A stretch of DNA of 63,889 bases, the filler included, from Intoshia linei (taxonomy: Eukaryota > Animalia > Orthonectida): NCBI GenBank assembly GCA_001642005.1. It is 6 parts of 6 records of this genome, joined end to end, with 100 filler letters (N's around TTAATTAATTAA, not from the genome) between each part and the next. Parts side by side here need not be neighbours in the genome. Positions count along the whole stretch, not along the records: positions 27,314 to 39,376 come from LWCA01001131.1; positions 39,477 to 58,736 come from LWCA01000745.1; 4 more parts are not named here. One strand, given 5' to 3'. Positions 35,601 to 48,800 of this stretch are shown one piece after another. The notes below the pieces were generated by a model. It saw nothing but the letters and a program-made list of their open reading frames with translations, was not told the origin of the DNA and did no database searches. Each line of letters opens with the position of its first letter. The stretch's first letter is position 1. A program made the position numbers and the translations under genes.

Positions 35601-38600
35601 ATTTTTTCTTTTAATATTTCGCTTTAAATATACTGACTCATATCGTCTCAAAGTTATGATTTATGCCCATTGCGCAGTTATTGATTGTAACTTTTTCAAT
35701 TGGTACAACTGTAGATTAAATCATACAGTGATGTTTAAAGTTTTTATCGATTTTTGTTATTTTAAATGTGTATAATATACCCTATATATGACGAGAGCCA
35801 AAAGTGGGCCGGCCCAAATGAGAATTCTAGGCCCTATATATACATTTTTAGTACGTCTATCAATTCTTTAATTGTTTTCACCGTTACTCTGCTAGAGTGA
35901 ATAAAGTAAGCCCACCATACGAAATTTTTTTAGAATTACATTGATTTAGAGAGTGATTCTTAACCTGGGCGACAGCGCCCCCTTGGGACGTTTTTATGAT
36001 CGAATGGGGCAAAAATATTTTGATCTCATCAGTTGGGATTCCAATATAAGATTAGATTATAACTATTCAATGAGCCTAGCTTGCAATAGTCACAATAATG
36101 TGTTATTAATGGTTTATGTGCGCTATCTCAATGATGTTCAAGAAATTTCTTATGATTTACTATTTGTTACAAAATTAAAACTTGATACAAAAGGCTCCAC
36201 ACTTATCAAATTAGTTTTAGACTATTTTAATGAAAACAACATTCCAATAAGCAACGTCACAGCTTGTACAACTGATGGGGCTCCTGCCATGATAGGCCGA
36301 CATCGTGGGTTTATCGCTCATTTAAAAAAAAATTAAATTCGAAATTCTTTGCAATACATTGGATCATACATCGCTAACACTTGGTTTTTAAAAATTTAAG
36401 TGATAAATGGCATGATACACTAAATATGGTTATTAACTGTGTTAATAAAATAAAATTCCACCCATTGAATCATAGAATTTTCTCAAATTTATGCTTTGAA
36501 AATGATGATGAATTTCAAAAACTTTTAATGCATACTGAAGTTAAATGGTGCTCAAAAGGAAAATTTTTAAAACATTTTTATAATTTATACGACTCTGTTA
36601 CTGAACTTTTTATGAAAATTAATGATAAACTTGCTAATTTAAAATGCGATGTGGCTTATCTTGCTGATATTTTTGGAAAATTAAATGATGTTAATTTACA
36701 ATTACAAGGAAGTATATGTCTTATAAAAGCCAAGGGAGTAGTGTTATCATTCATTCAGAGACATGACGTGACTAATTTTGTTAATTTAAATACATTTAAA
36801 GACAAATATTTTATTTTGGAAGATGATATGATTTGCTACTGTTCGCATCTTGCATTCTTAAAGAATGATAAAAGATATCAAAAAAACAATTATTAATTGC
36901 TTTTTTTAATATTTTCCGTATCAATTTTACTGTTAATAAAATTGCTGCATAACATTTACTGCACATTTATAAACTTTGTAAATTATAAAAGTATCGATTG
37001 TCTTTATGGAGCGATAATTTTTTTTTTGTTGAAAAATGGGCGATTCTCCGAAAAAGGTTAATAACCACTGATTTAGAATATATTCCTCGTCATATGACCC
37101 AAGCCCCACTCTTCACGGGCTTGATATGAACAATGTGTCGGTTTTATATGTATCATGTCGTTAATAATAAAAGTGATTTTTTTTGATTCGTCCGGTGAAA
37201 TTACAAAGCTGTGGTTTAATATTTTAAATACTGACTATCAATTACCACATGTAATGGTACTGAAAAATACTGTGCAAATAAGACACTTAATATATCAATT
37301 ATAGTTGGGAGGATATCACACATTTGTTATTGAACTTGGCAGACTTTTAACTATAAAGAAAGACAAATGGGAATGGATTGATTATGAATGTTTAAGTATG
37401 ATTTTATTTATTCTATTATATTTTCATTTGAGATTCTCATCTATTTCAGTCATTTTGAGATAATTTGGGTGGTATTTTACTAATAAAGTAAATTAAAAAA
37501 TGCTATTTTTGGTGGAAAAAATAAAATAACCATTTTATTAAAAAGATGCCCTAGACCAGTGGCCACCATACTACAGCCCGAGGGCGAAATCCAGTCCGCA
37601 ATTGTATTTTAATTGTATTGTAAATAGCATAAATTCCAGAAAAAATAAAATTATAAAAATAATAATAAAAAATGTAATAATAATAATGTAATAAATATAT
37701 AAATGATAATAATAATTATTAATATTATATTATTATTATATTAATATATTATATATTATTAATATTAATTAATAGTTTTTATTTAATTTCTTACAAAATA
37801 TTTTGAAAATTGAAATTTAAAAATCCGAAGGAATGAATTATATAGATTTTCACCCATATTTCTTTATTAGAAATGTGTAGAGGTTCAATACTCATTTTTT
37901 TTGAAATTGTAGGATCAATATTTACATTTTCAATTTTTATTTTAATCGCAATATTTGAAAAATATTGGTTGATAATATATTAAAAATTACTTTTTACCGG
38001 GAATGCGTAAATTTCTGGGGTTGAAATTTTGTATTTATATCAACTGGAATAAGCTCTATCAGATTAATTGTTTAATTTAACTTAATTTAATTTAATGAAA
38101 TTTAAATTTATGATAATATTTATGATTTTAAAATCCGTATCAGAATGTATTTATTTTTTTAAATTCTCAAACTCGTTTGATTTTCAAAAAAAAGGAAAAT
38201 TGGGCTTTTTGACCAGTAACATGTGAGTTTGGGAGGTTGCAATTTATTTTGCTAACACCTACGGAAAAAATTGTATTTGAAATGTGGACTATATAAAATT
38301 TTAAGACTGGTAGTTTTTGAAATAAACGGTAACGCACACACACAAACAAATATTGCATAGGATATTATATAAGGACTATAATAGTATTGACTTGTCATTA
38401 CTAGATCATGCGAAACTTATTAATTCAATAACTTAAATTTTAAATACCGTCATATATATTTTCCATCTGACCCGCGGATTTTTTTAATTAGTCCGGGCCC
38501 CATGTCAAAACGTTTGGTGGGCACTACCCTAGACCACGTAAAATTACTATGTCGGTCGAGAAAGTTGAAAGATATACATTTAAATTTAAAATATCTATTA

Positions 38601-39000
38601 AAATTACGTGTTATTATATTTTATATTTAGAAAGAGCAAAATTTAGTAGTTTATCAGCTGAAATGGCAGTTATTTTAGTTTCTTGTGATTATTGTAGTAT
38701 CCATATTGTTGGAAATAATCAAAAGAAAACACTTCACCGTATTAAACCAAATATACCTAAAAAGAACAAAAATTTTCCAAATAAACGCGATAGTGTATGA
38801 ATTTATTTAAGGAAATATTAAGGGTTTTTGATATTTTCAAAAATGTCTCAAAAACTTTGATGATTGAGATAAATATTGATTTTTTTTGAAATAGAGTTTA
38901 TGAGTCGCAACTTAATAATATTTTTATTTCAATTTATAGGCTGTGTCAAACTATTTTAAAGAAATTTATTCCTATGTTGCAAATTTTTTCAACTTTGAAG
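32656..39000 (+). CDS. PELO: Pelota/Dom34 homolog, N-terminal about half (first exon not identified; remainder lost at the gap)
   Basis: Exons: IKPTEKDELWAIYNVVRVGDEITTTTLR (32656), KLTLSITSTEYDNEVNQLRATGRNVVQNDLVA (35442), LGGYHTFVIELGRLLTIKKDKW (37304), SAEMAVILV..NIPKK (38631), AVSNYFKEIY (38940), collinear with pelota eRF1_1/eRF1_2 motifs. Confidence 0.88.
32820..33930 (-). mobile_element. Helitron fragment interrupted by a hAT element
   Basis: The family sequence stops at TTTTGACCGTGAAG (~33215) and resumes at ~33870 (GAAATGGGGACTTATAAAATTCTAAGAC). Confidence 0.65.
33216..33760 (-). mobile_element. Non-autonomous hAT element retaining the dimerisation-domain coding end (same family as 61628-62210)
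   Basis: TAGTGATTGTAATTTCCCGGGAAATG terminus; LMTVQSTSTHNERNFSTASNFVTKHRTRL. Confidence 0.8.
33978..34911 (+). mobile_element. pogo/Tigger-like element, deleted
   Basis: TA|CAGTCAAACCTCAATTTAAC ... GTTAAATTGAGGTTTGACTG|TA; FRALNGWFSCFQKRHNICSRVISGE (CENP-B HTH) and NCNETGLF. Confidence 0.85.
34937..35414. repeat. Foldback-like element with subterminal ~30-bp degenerate tandem repeats; related arrays at ~33775-33855 and ~55510-55780
   Basis: CTTAAATCCTACCATTTTTACTAAAAAT / ATTTTTAGTAAAAATGGTTGAATTTAAG ends; repeated units like GGATTTTTC..TAAGGGTTGATAAAAGT. Confidence 0.55.
35952..37070 (+). mobile_element. hAT Buster/Charlie-type element with a decayed transposase
   Basis: AGTGATTCTTAACCT / AGGTTAATAACCACTG; TSD ATTTAGA(G/A); CTTDGAPAMIG, IHWIIHR, LLMHTEVKW, VAYLADIF motifs. 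Confidence 0.88.
37557..38526. mobile_element. hAT MITE containing a nested Helitron (~37810-38375)
   Basis: Perfect 8-bp TSD CCCTAGAC on both sides; CAGTGGCCACCA / TGGTGGGCACTA ends. Confidence 0.85.
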
Positions 39001-39497
39001 GTTTTTATACAATGTATTGCAATAGTCACATTTCTCATTTACATGTTAACAAAACTTGATAACTTAGCCCATTAGTGACCGACACCCTTTATACTTGGTC
39101 AAACATTATGATTTTCGAAATGTGTTATTTAAATATGTGTAAAATTTCTAAGGTTTTGAGATACTAGAACTGGGTAAACTGGGAATGACTACATATGTAG
39201 TCATTGGCCGCTAACCGGAAAACAACATTAATAAGTCCAAAATATGTCGATAATTCGGTAAATGACTTTAGTTATGTTTATTATGACTCAGAATTAAAAT
39301 TTAACCAATAGGAATAAGTTTCATAGCAACATCTATTTAAAGAAGTTTATATTCAATATTTGTAACGACAAAATTANNNNNNNNNNNNNNNNNNNNNNNN
39401 NNNNNNNNNNNNNNNNNNNNTTAATTAATTAANNNNNNNNNNNNNNNNNNNNNNNNNNNNNNNNNNNNNNNNNNNNAGACTAACATCAACATATAAT

Positions 39498-39692
39498 CAA
39501 ACAGTATATCATTATTTTCGACAATAAGAGAAAAGGGTAAGCTGTACCACTTTGGATATATATATACAATACATCAAAGGAACATAACCACATTATACTG
39601 GAAATGTGTAAGTTCTGGTTGTAAAGGTAGAATCACATCCAATCATGATCTTGAAACAACAATTCATGCAAATAATATTAACTCTATATAAA
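39498..39692 (+). pseudogene. FLYWCH zinc-finger fragment, probably from a MULE transposase
   Basis: STIREKGKLYHFGYIYTIHQRNITTLYWKCVSSGCKGRI fits the FLYWCH pattern (L..GY.Y...YW.C...C.GR); the C-terminal H-x-H is absent. Confidence 0.6.
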
Positions 39693-41107
39693 TATAAATT
39701 TATTTAATTAAATAATAAAAAATTTAAATTTAATTATTGACTAATGTGCAATTTAGAATTATTATGATACAATTATCATGAAAAAAAATTACCCGAATAT
39801 ATTGTGAAAGATTAATTTAATTTGTGCTTTTTAAAAATGACTTAAAAGTTATTTTAACAAAAAATGTTTAATAAATTTTGATATATTATGGAATCTCTGT
39901 ATTGACCATATTCATTGCAAACATGACTAACAAGATCGTGAATGTCTTGTATTTGAATGAATTTATTATATTGTAAATAACCAGAATTCGAGAAATTAAA
40001 TCGTTAATAAAATCCAAAAAAATTGAGCTAGAAACAAATTTAAAAAAATAAACTGTATAACTAAACATGGAGAACAGTATTATAAGGCGATACCACGTTT
40101 AAAAGCTCAAACGCCGATTTCCGTTAAAATAAAGTTCAGTTTTAATATCTTCATAATATTTATACAGTCATATTTAAAATGACAAACGCAACTCGAATAG
40201 ATCGCGTTAAATATTTTTGATTGCGAATTGGTTTTTTTATTTTAAAAAATACACACTTTTAGTGCTAATTGCCCATCGAATTCTAAAATTTTCTAAAAAA
40301 TGTGACACCCTAGTGTGCAATACACTTTTGACACATTTTGTTGAATTAAAAAAAGTATATTTTACTGAATGTTCCAAACGTTAAATTGTATATTCTATAT
40401 TGCAAGTGGTTTTATATTTTTTTTTGTACTTTATTTATTTATAGACAATATAGTTTTGTTCAAACAATTTGTAAAGTGCAAAAACAAATATAAAAACTCG
40501 GTATACCAAAAAACGATTTTAAATGGATAGAGTGGAGCGTTGATGAATTCTTTGGTTGTAAGGGGATATTTTTATAGAAAGTTTGGGATCCACTGATATA
40601 AAAAGTGATAATAATAAATATATACGACGTAGTCGAAAAATTGTTTAGAGGGGCGTTGAGAAAATATATTGCTAAAAAGGGAGCGGTAGGTAAAATGAGT
40701 TTGGGAACCCCTGCCTTAGTGTATATGTATGGTACAATGTCTTTATCTATTTTTTGATTAAATTAAAAGGATTTGAAGTAACAGTTATAATAAAATTAAT
40801 TTTATAGTTAAGTTTTTAAAATAATAATATTTTCATCTGCAAGAATTTATAATTTACATTACATAAATTTGATGGTACAACAATTTTTTCATAAAAAGTC
40901 AATTTCATCCGGCACTATTTAATTGTTTTTTTTACAAAATGGCTCTGAAGATGGAACGAAGATGAGGACACCTGTCCGAATTTAAATGCACTTGTATTAC
41001 TCTGATACATGATCTATTTTATTTATTTATATAAATTTTAAATGTAAAATAAAAATTAAAAATAAATATTATTCGTTTTTTTAGACACTATTAATCATAC
41101 TTTATAG

Positions 41108-42652
41108 ATTTATTATGCCAGTTTATCGCACGGAATTAAATCTACCGAAACAGCTAAAGGTTATTATTACCTATCTAATGCTTTTGAAGCAATTGAAAAA
41201 CATAAAATATCAAATTCAAATAGAAACGCAGTAATTCATTTACTATTATATTTATATTTTGACTTATGAATTGAAATAATTAACTTTGGCATGAAATAGC
41301 AAAACTTTGGCAAAAAAAAAAGATCTGTAAATCTAATACATTAAGTATTTAATTTTATTAAAAGGTTAATACATATTAAACACCGGAAATTAAATGGTTT
41401 TTTTAACATGAATAAAATTTTCATTTCCCAAACATAATTTTCTCCGTTTTCAAGTAAGTTTCTTATATGAAGTTAAAAAACTTTTACACTAAAGTCCAAA
41501 TCTTTTATCTTAAAGTTTCATATTTTAAAATAATATTATAATAGTTGATAATAATAATTATATTCATTATAGATGAATCTATACAGGTATTGAATACAAT
41601 ATAGTTTAATATTTATTTAGGCCATGTCATTATGGTCAGAATATTGTCATTCACAGATACTTAAAAATAACGAAAAAAGAAATAAAAAAGCTTCCCAGCA
41701 CAGTCTACTTAATGAAACAAAATCTCGTGCAGGTTAATGAAATGTTAAATATTTTTTTTTAATTTTTTTAGTTGTCATTAGTTTCGAATTGAAAGAAATA
41801 TATAATATAATCAAAATAATAAAAATTGAAAATAATTTTAAAATTTTCTACATAAAAGCTTGTGTATTTTTCCTAATGAAGGACTACAATAAGGTATAGT
41901 TTAATTATATAAAAATGCGTGTATAATTATTCAGTAACTTCCTAAGTTGTATAAAATAAAATGATTTTTTATCTGGATTTGGTATGGCCGAATGCGGCCG
42001 CGCATTTCTAAATTGTGTGTTGATTGTGAAAATATAAATTTTTAACATTGCTATTTAGGAAATGCTTATGATTTTAAAAATTATCTAAAAATTTATGCTT
42101 TATCAAATTCTAGGACATTTTTCATTTTCAAAAAAAAGAGTAATTTGTAGTTTTGACCATGAAGATATACGTTTGTCAGGTTGAGATTTACGCAATGTTA
42201 ATTACTCTAAAATGTAACCCTGAATTTATTTTTTTGAAAATTCTAGAGCTGATTGTATTTTGAAAAAAAATTGAATATAATAAAGGGCTGCACCTACACA
42301 GCCACACTTACAGTTTTAAAAATGTCAATGTATCTAACTTTATATAAGTAAGGATATTTCCCATTGAATATACCCAATATTGGTAAATAAATATACATGG
42401 TAAATACTGGTTTGTTTATAAAATCACAAATTTACATCTCAATATAATATAATATTTATTTAGACAAAGGAAGAATTAATATTAATAGAAAAACAAACAT
42501 ATGATGACAAGAAATTGAAAGAATATGTAAGCTTTTTAAACACAGAAATGCAAAGATGCACAGGCGTAAAAGAATATGAAAAAAATAAAAATGAATTAAA
42601 TGCAGATTCATATAATCTAATTGCTAGCACTAATGTAAACGATAATACATAA
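41108..42652 (+). CDS. ZMYND12: ZMYND12-like protein, last 4 exons (5' part missing)
   Basis: IYYASLSHGIKSTETAKGYYYLSNAF / AMSLWSEY..LNETKSRA / KIFYIKACVFFLMKDYNK / TKEEL..* resemble the ZMYND12 C-terminus (IYFASCAFG..TSGGYFHLANIF; VSEIWHAY; LDEAQ); splice phases are consistent. Confidence 0.65.
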
Positions 42653-42888
42653 AATTGTATATATTTTGAATAAATTAAACTTACATGGAATAAACTGTAT
42701 AGTACTTTATATATAGAATTTAAGTGAATTTTACAATGACACAATTCTAGATATACATTACCAGGATTATAAACTAAATGGTTTATAAATAAATAAAATA
42801 AAATATAAATTTTAATTAATTTTGTTAAATGTATTATATAGTTGGTTTATTAATTAATATGATAGCAAAAATCAAGCTAGGTTTTCAT

Positions 42889-45800
42889 ATGAACAAAAAA
42901 GTTTTCCAGTTTGTCAACTTTAAAAGGAATGGACGGTTTAGCACGGCCATAGAAACAATTAAAGATTATAATACATCTCGTTATGCTATGGTCCTATTGG
43001 CGGTTGGATTAACTGTACTTAATTGTGCCTTTACAAATATAGACATCATATTTAGTGCAGCCGTACCAATTTTTAATTGCATTAGTGATAAAAAGAACAT
43101 TACATCACTAAATAATCAAATTTTGATAAAAAATGAATTTTATCTTGATAACGACATGTGTTTTAATCAAAACGGTATTAGAATTTCAAAAATGTAACTA
43201 AATAATAAAAAATGTATAGGTTGTCCAATTATTGCATTTTCTGATGAATTTGAATATACTATTCCAATTAAAGTAATTTTATTGTATATGTATAGCGAAT
43301 TATACGTAACTCACACATTTATAAATTTTCATCGTGGAAAAATTTAGATTTTTATTATTTTAATATTACTATTTTTCTGAACCGCTGAATCCAGCAAATT
43401 TTTTTATTGAATATATCTTTGTTGTTGCAAACAGTATCTAAAATATTAAAATTTAAAAATATAACAATTATATGAAATTTCTACCGCTAAAGAGGAAATA
43501 TCTTACAGTTTTTGTTTTTTTCAGGCTAGTTAATTTAATTTTTTAATAAACATAATTGAAATTTTAGTGGAGTTTGATATGTGAACGATCCTTCTACGTA
43601 TTTTTGCTCAATCTATCGGTATCACTAGGTATGACGCTATCGTGCTTTTGGAATGGATATCTAGCAGACAGGTGATGTATGAATATATGCAATATCTAAT
43701 TAATAAATTTAATATTAATGGAATATAGATTTGGAAGAAAAACGTCTTCGACGGTGTCACTATTGCTCAATATAATGTTGCGGATAATATCACTTTTTGT
43801 GAATTCGATAGAACTTTACATTGGATTCCGCTTAGCTTTAAGTGCATTGGATATATCCATGTATATGCATGTTTATCTTTTGTGTAAAGTTAAAGTTCAA
43901 TTTTTTGATATTATAAACATTTTTTTATTCATAAAATTTAGGTATTGAATTGACTCCACAGAAATATAGAATATTCTCAGATGTAGCACGATCGTTTTTT
44001 TATAGTATTGGAATTTTATCTCTACCTTTAATTTTTTATATACTTGGTCATTGGATTAATGTTCAAATTTTTATCGCAATTACGACATTAATTTGTTTGA
44101 TTCTTGTTAGGTATAATATTTGTAGATTTATTTATAATAATGTTAATGATTTAAATATTAATATTTATTTTTTTAATCTGTTAAAACTTTTATTTACTAC
44201 TCTAATAAATAATATTTATTATATTTAATCAATAATAACCGGGTGCATTCACATTTGGATGCAAGACCTTAAAAATATAATTGTTGATTCATGGTCAATG
44301 ATCTTTAACGAATTTGTTTTTAGAATTGTTTAGCAAAAAATTGGATACATTAGTAAAAGTAAATAATGTTGATCAATAACATAACATATATTATTTCAGG
44401 TTCAGCCTGGTTACATTGATGTAGTTATAATTTTAAATATATTCAATATAGATTCTTAAATAAGTCGCCAACCTGGTTAAACTCTTCGAAATATTTAAAT
44501 AATTATTTCTCTAATCCTCGAGATAATAATTTAAAGTTGGTGGATAAAAGGAGAGTATAATGCAAAAATTTAATATGTATATAAACGTTTAGAGGCGAAG
44601 TTCTGCAATATTAATAATAATTAGGGACACAAATTTTCGATTGAAATCACTAGCACTCTATTCGTTGAGGTTATTATTTTAATAAAAAAATTTAATAATA
44701 GATATTTCACTGATTAATTTTTTATATATATTAAATAGTCTATTCCTAATACAATACTATCCTTACTTATATAATACTTACTTGTATGCTATGCAATATT
44801 TGTTTGTGTCTGTTACCGTTTATTTCAATATCTAATTGTCTTAGAATTTTATAAAGTCTACATTTCAATTACAGTTTTTTTCGAATGTGTTAGCAAAATA
44901 AATTTCAACTTCCCAAACTCACATCTTACGGGTCAAAAAGCCCAATTGTCATTTTTTTTCAAAATCAAAAAAGTTCGATAATTTAAAAAATATATCCTCT
45001 GATACGGATTTTAAAATCATAAATATTATTGTAAATTTAAATTTAAAAAAAATATATCTTTAGGGCTAAAATCACAAATTACTCTTTTTTTTAATGAAAA
45101 CAGCCCTAGGGTTTAAAAAAATTTCCGGTGGTACAGTTGTATCCTGTTAACACACATAAGAAATTTAAATCTGAATAAGTTACTCCTTCACGGTCAAAAC
45201 AGCATTTTACTATTCATATATTTTTTTTCCGGAATATTTTATTAAAGCAAAAAATGTGAAATAATTAACGGTCCGAAAATTAAAAAAAAAAATTAATCTG
45301 ATAAAGCTTATTCCAGTTGATATAAATACAAAATTTCAATCCCAGAAATCTACGCATTCATGGTCACAAATAATTTTAAATATATTATTAATTAATATTT
45401 GTCGAATATTTTGAAGTGTTAACTTTAAAAAAATTAGGTGCTACATATTATATATAGGTGTATTTGTACGTAGTACATAACAGTCAACCTAGTAATTATA
45501 AATTGTGTATAATAATTATATAATATATAAATTATAAATAAAATTTTATTAAATCATAAAATTAATATGTATTAATCTGTGTCCTCATCCAAACTAAAAA
45601 AAAATAAGCTAGCAGATGTAGATGAAGTTATAGATGAACAATATAATTTTTATATTTTTATGCTATTTGCTTTTTTAATCATTAAAAAAATCTATAAATG
45701 TAAATAAATTTTATACGAATATAATTATACTAATTATTTATGTATTTATTAAAATTGTAACATATCTAATTATTTTTAAAGCTTCACAACATCCACAATA

Positions 45801-48800
45801 TTTTTTGGAATAAATTTCAACAGTCACAATCATTTTAAAACAGATAATATTTAATTATTATAATTTATATTAATGTTAATTTAAATTTTTTATTTTTATA
45901 GATTTCCATCCCTAATTTATATTATATAATATTCATTGGCATTAAAAATTTAGTATAGAATAAAAATTTTAAATTATTTTATTATTTAAATCAAAATTTG
46001 CGTTCTATAATATTGTAATATTTTAAAATACAAAAAATCCCTTCAATCGAAATATTCCAGTAAAATTACAATGTCAAACAATTTCAAATAAAATTTTAAT
46101 AGTATACAAACAATAAATCCAATATAATATAAATATTATAATATAATATAATTTTTTTAGGTAATTACTATTCATTACCATTCGATTATAATTTTATTTA
46201 TCTTAAGTATATCCAATATATGAATACTGTGGAAACTCTTCAAGTCAAAGGTATATATTAAATTCTCATTTCTAATTGTAGAGGCAATAATATAACAATA
46301 GAAACATAGTATAATTAAATTTTACTAAGATATTACAATTTGTATTAATTTTAGACATATTTTAAATTTTAAATCGTGATAATTTTGGATTAACCAGAAT
46401 TGTACTTAAAGGGTTCCACTGTATTATAGATTATAAGTGATAGCATATTTAGATCAATTGGAGTCAATTGTATATATCACTTATTTTTAGTGTATTATGC
46501 ATAGTTACGGCAATATTAGTAATACTATATATACCTTTAAGTCCCGTATATACAGGTGATAACAATGAATGTGATGCAAGGAGTGATTCGAGTATTTCAA
46601 CTATACCTAGGTAAAAATTGATAATTGATTGCGTACGATGAACTAACCATAAACCAAGTTACCCGATCACAGTTTATTCGAAAAATTTAAGACCAATATG
46701 CTTGCCTAAATTTCAAAACTGTGTTATTAACCCATATACTCCCAGTGTGACCATATGGTCACAACATTACATTTATAAAAACACGTATCAAATTTAAACA
46801 AAGTTAATTAAATATATAAAATTAAATTAATTAGTATATTATATAACATTCGAGTATATTAGTTATGAGTTTTCACCGATTAGCCTCCTGTGTCACTGAC
46901 AGCCAAAATGATTTTTCAAAGCAAAAAAAAAATTCACTGAAAAAATTTTTTATATTTTTTTTGTTAAAGTTGTGATAACTGAATTTAATGAATACCATAT
47001 GATGAATTCATGTATTAGCTACAATTTGATGAAATAATTGGGTATATTGACGATGCTATTTTATATACACACGCTTTTATTTGCCTTATTCTTCCAATGT
47101 GAACGTATGGAATGTGAAATAACTCCATAACTACAATTGGTAATTACCTAAAATTATATATGTGAGAAATAGACAAGTATGTATTAACTTTCCAAATTTT
47201 TGGAAAAATCGAAGTCAAAAAATTGGAAAAATTTGTCTAGGAGTATATGGGTTAATTTTGTAAATAGTTACTTTGAAAAAATTAGGAGTCAAATAATTGA
47301 AAAGATTTTTAAGATAATATATAATGACGGAAAATATGATTTCATGAGTGGATAAGTTTTAAAAATAAAAAATATTTGAATGTACATCTTTACAGTCTCA
47401 AAAATGACTTTAATCTTGGACTTATTCCTATATATCGAAGTTTTGATGATACAAAATGTTAAATAAATCGCATTTTTCTCCTACTTTGGGTGTTTTATTT
47501 AAGATTTTAAAGTTAACAATCAATTAATACTAGATTTTAATTTTAGTCATTATTTCAAAAATATTAACAACTTTGTAATTGTTAGTACTTTTAGTTTTTC
47601 CATAATTAAAATTTTTTATTGTATTACTAACAGTATGAGTTCATTTTTTTATTCTCGAGAAATTGTAATCACTACCAGGTGTGTTATTTTTAACACCTTT
47701 TTGTGAAAATGAAAAAAGCCACTGACACAGGAAAGATTGGAATACCGGGGAAATCGTTTATTCATTAGTCAATTTAATTTCAGTATTAATTCTCTTAGTA
47801 GTATCAATTGTAACGTAATCGTTTAGTTTAATTCATAAAAATGACGTTATAACTAGGGAAATTTTTTAATGACCTATAGAATAACAAAAAAACTGACTTA
47901 AAAATTAAATTTACTGACTTTATCTGACTTTAAAATTTTTGTTTGTTTCTATGGTTAATACCAACTGAATCTACCGTACCCCAAATCTTCCTTTCGTAGG
48001 CTTTAAATTAAATCAATACAATATTTAATACACCTTAATTTTAATATTCGCATAGGCCCCGATCATGATGGTGTCGGTCACTTTACATAATAAATTAATA
48101 TGAATAAAACTTAAAATAAGGAATATTTATGCGTGTAATAATAAATATAAATAACAAGGAACTGCAAATGAAACAAATGATGTAAATCTCATTGTGTGAT
48201 GTTAGAGATGTTGAAATTTATTAATGTTTATTATAGTATAACATAAAATACTTCATAGCATTATCTGGTAAAAATTGCCTCTGTTTAGTTAGCAATTTTT
48301 TTAACAAACTGAAATGACGACCAACACTATTTGTGGTAGATGGCGCTTTTCTTAATAAATTGTATATATAAGGTCAGGGGCGGATCTAAGAGGCTAGTTG
48401 ATGGGTACGAGCGAAGCGAGCAATATATTTAACTTCGCCAAAGGCGAAAATTTTTTTTCTAACGTCTCTTTTAATATACATGCGTCTTGTTTGATTTTAA
48501 AGCGTCTCCTTTAATTTCATTTACAGGTTGTTATACAATAGCTTCCAAATTTGTATTTTTTTGCAAAAATAAAAAAAATGATCAGCACAAAAAAATTTTT
48601 AATTTCATTCATCATTAATTTTTTTCATTAAATAATCTTAAATTAATTAGGTCCAGTCTTGATGAAGTATTGCAAATTCATTAACCAAACTTTGAATATC
48701 AAAATTATAGTCATAGTGACAATTTATGAGGCCCAGTCCACATAGACCATTACCAGTCATTGTTGATCTTAAAAAAGTTTTCAATTTTCTCAAAATGGTA

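Noticed and set aside
39600-39630. CVSSGCK as the pelota 'HASSGHK' exon
   Set aside because: The context (GY.Y..YWKC..CKGR) fits a FLYWCH/MULE fragment better, and no suitable acceptor was found.
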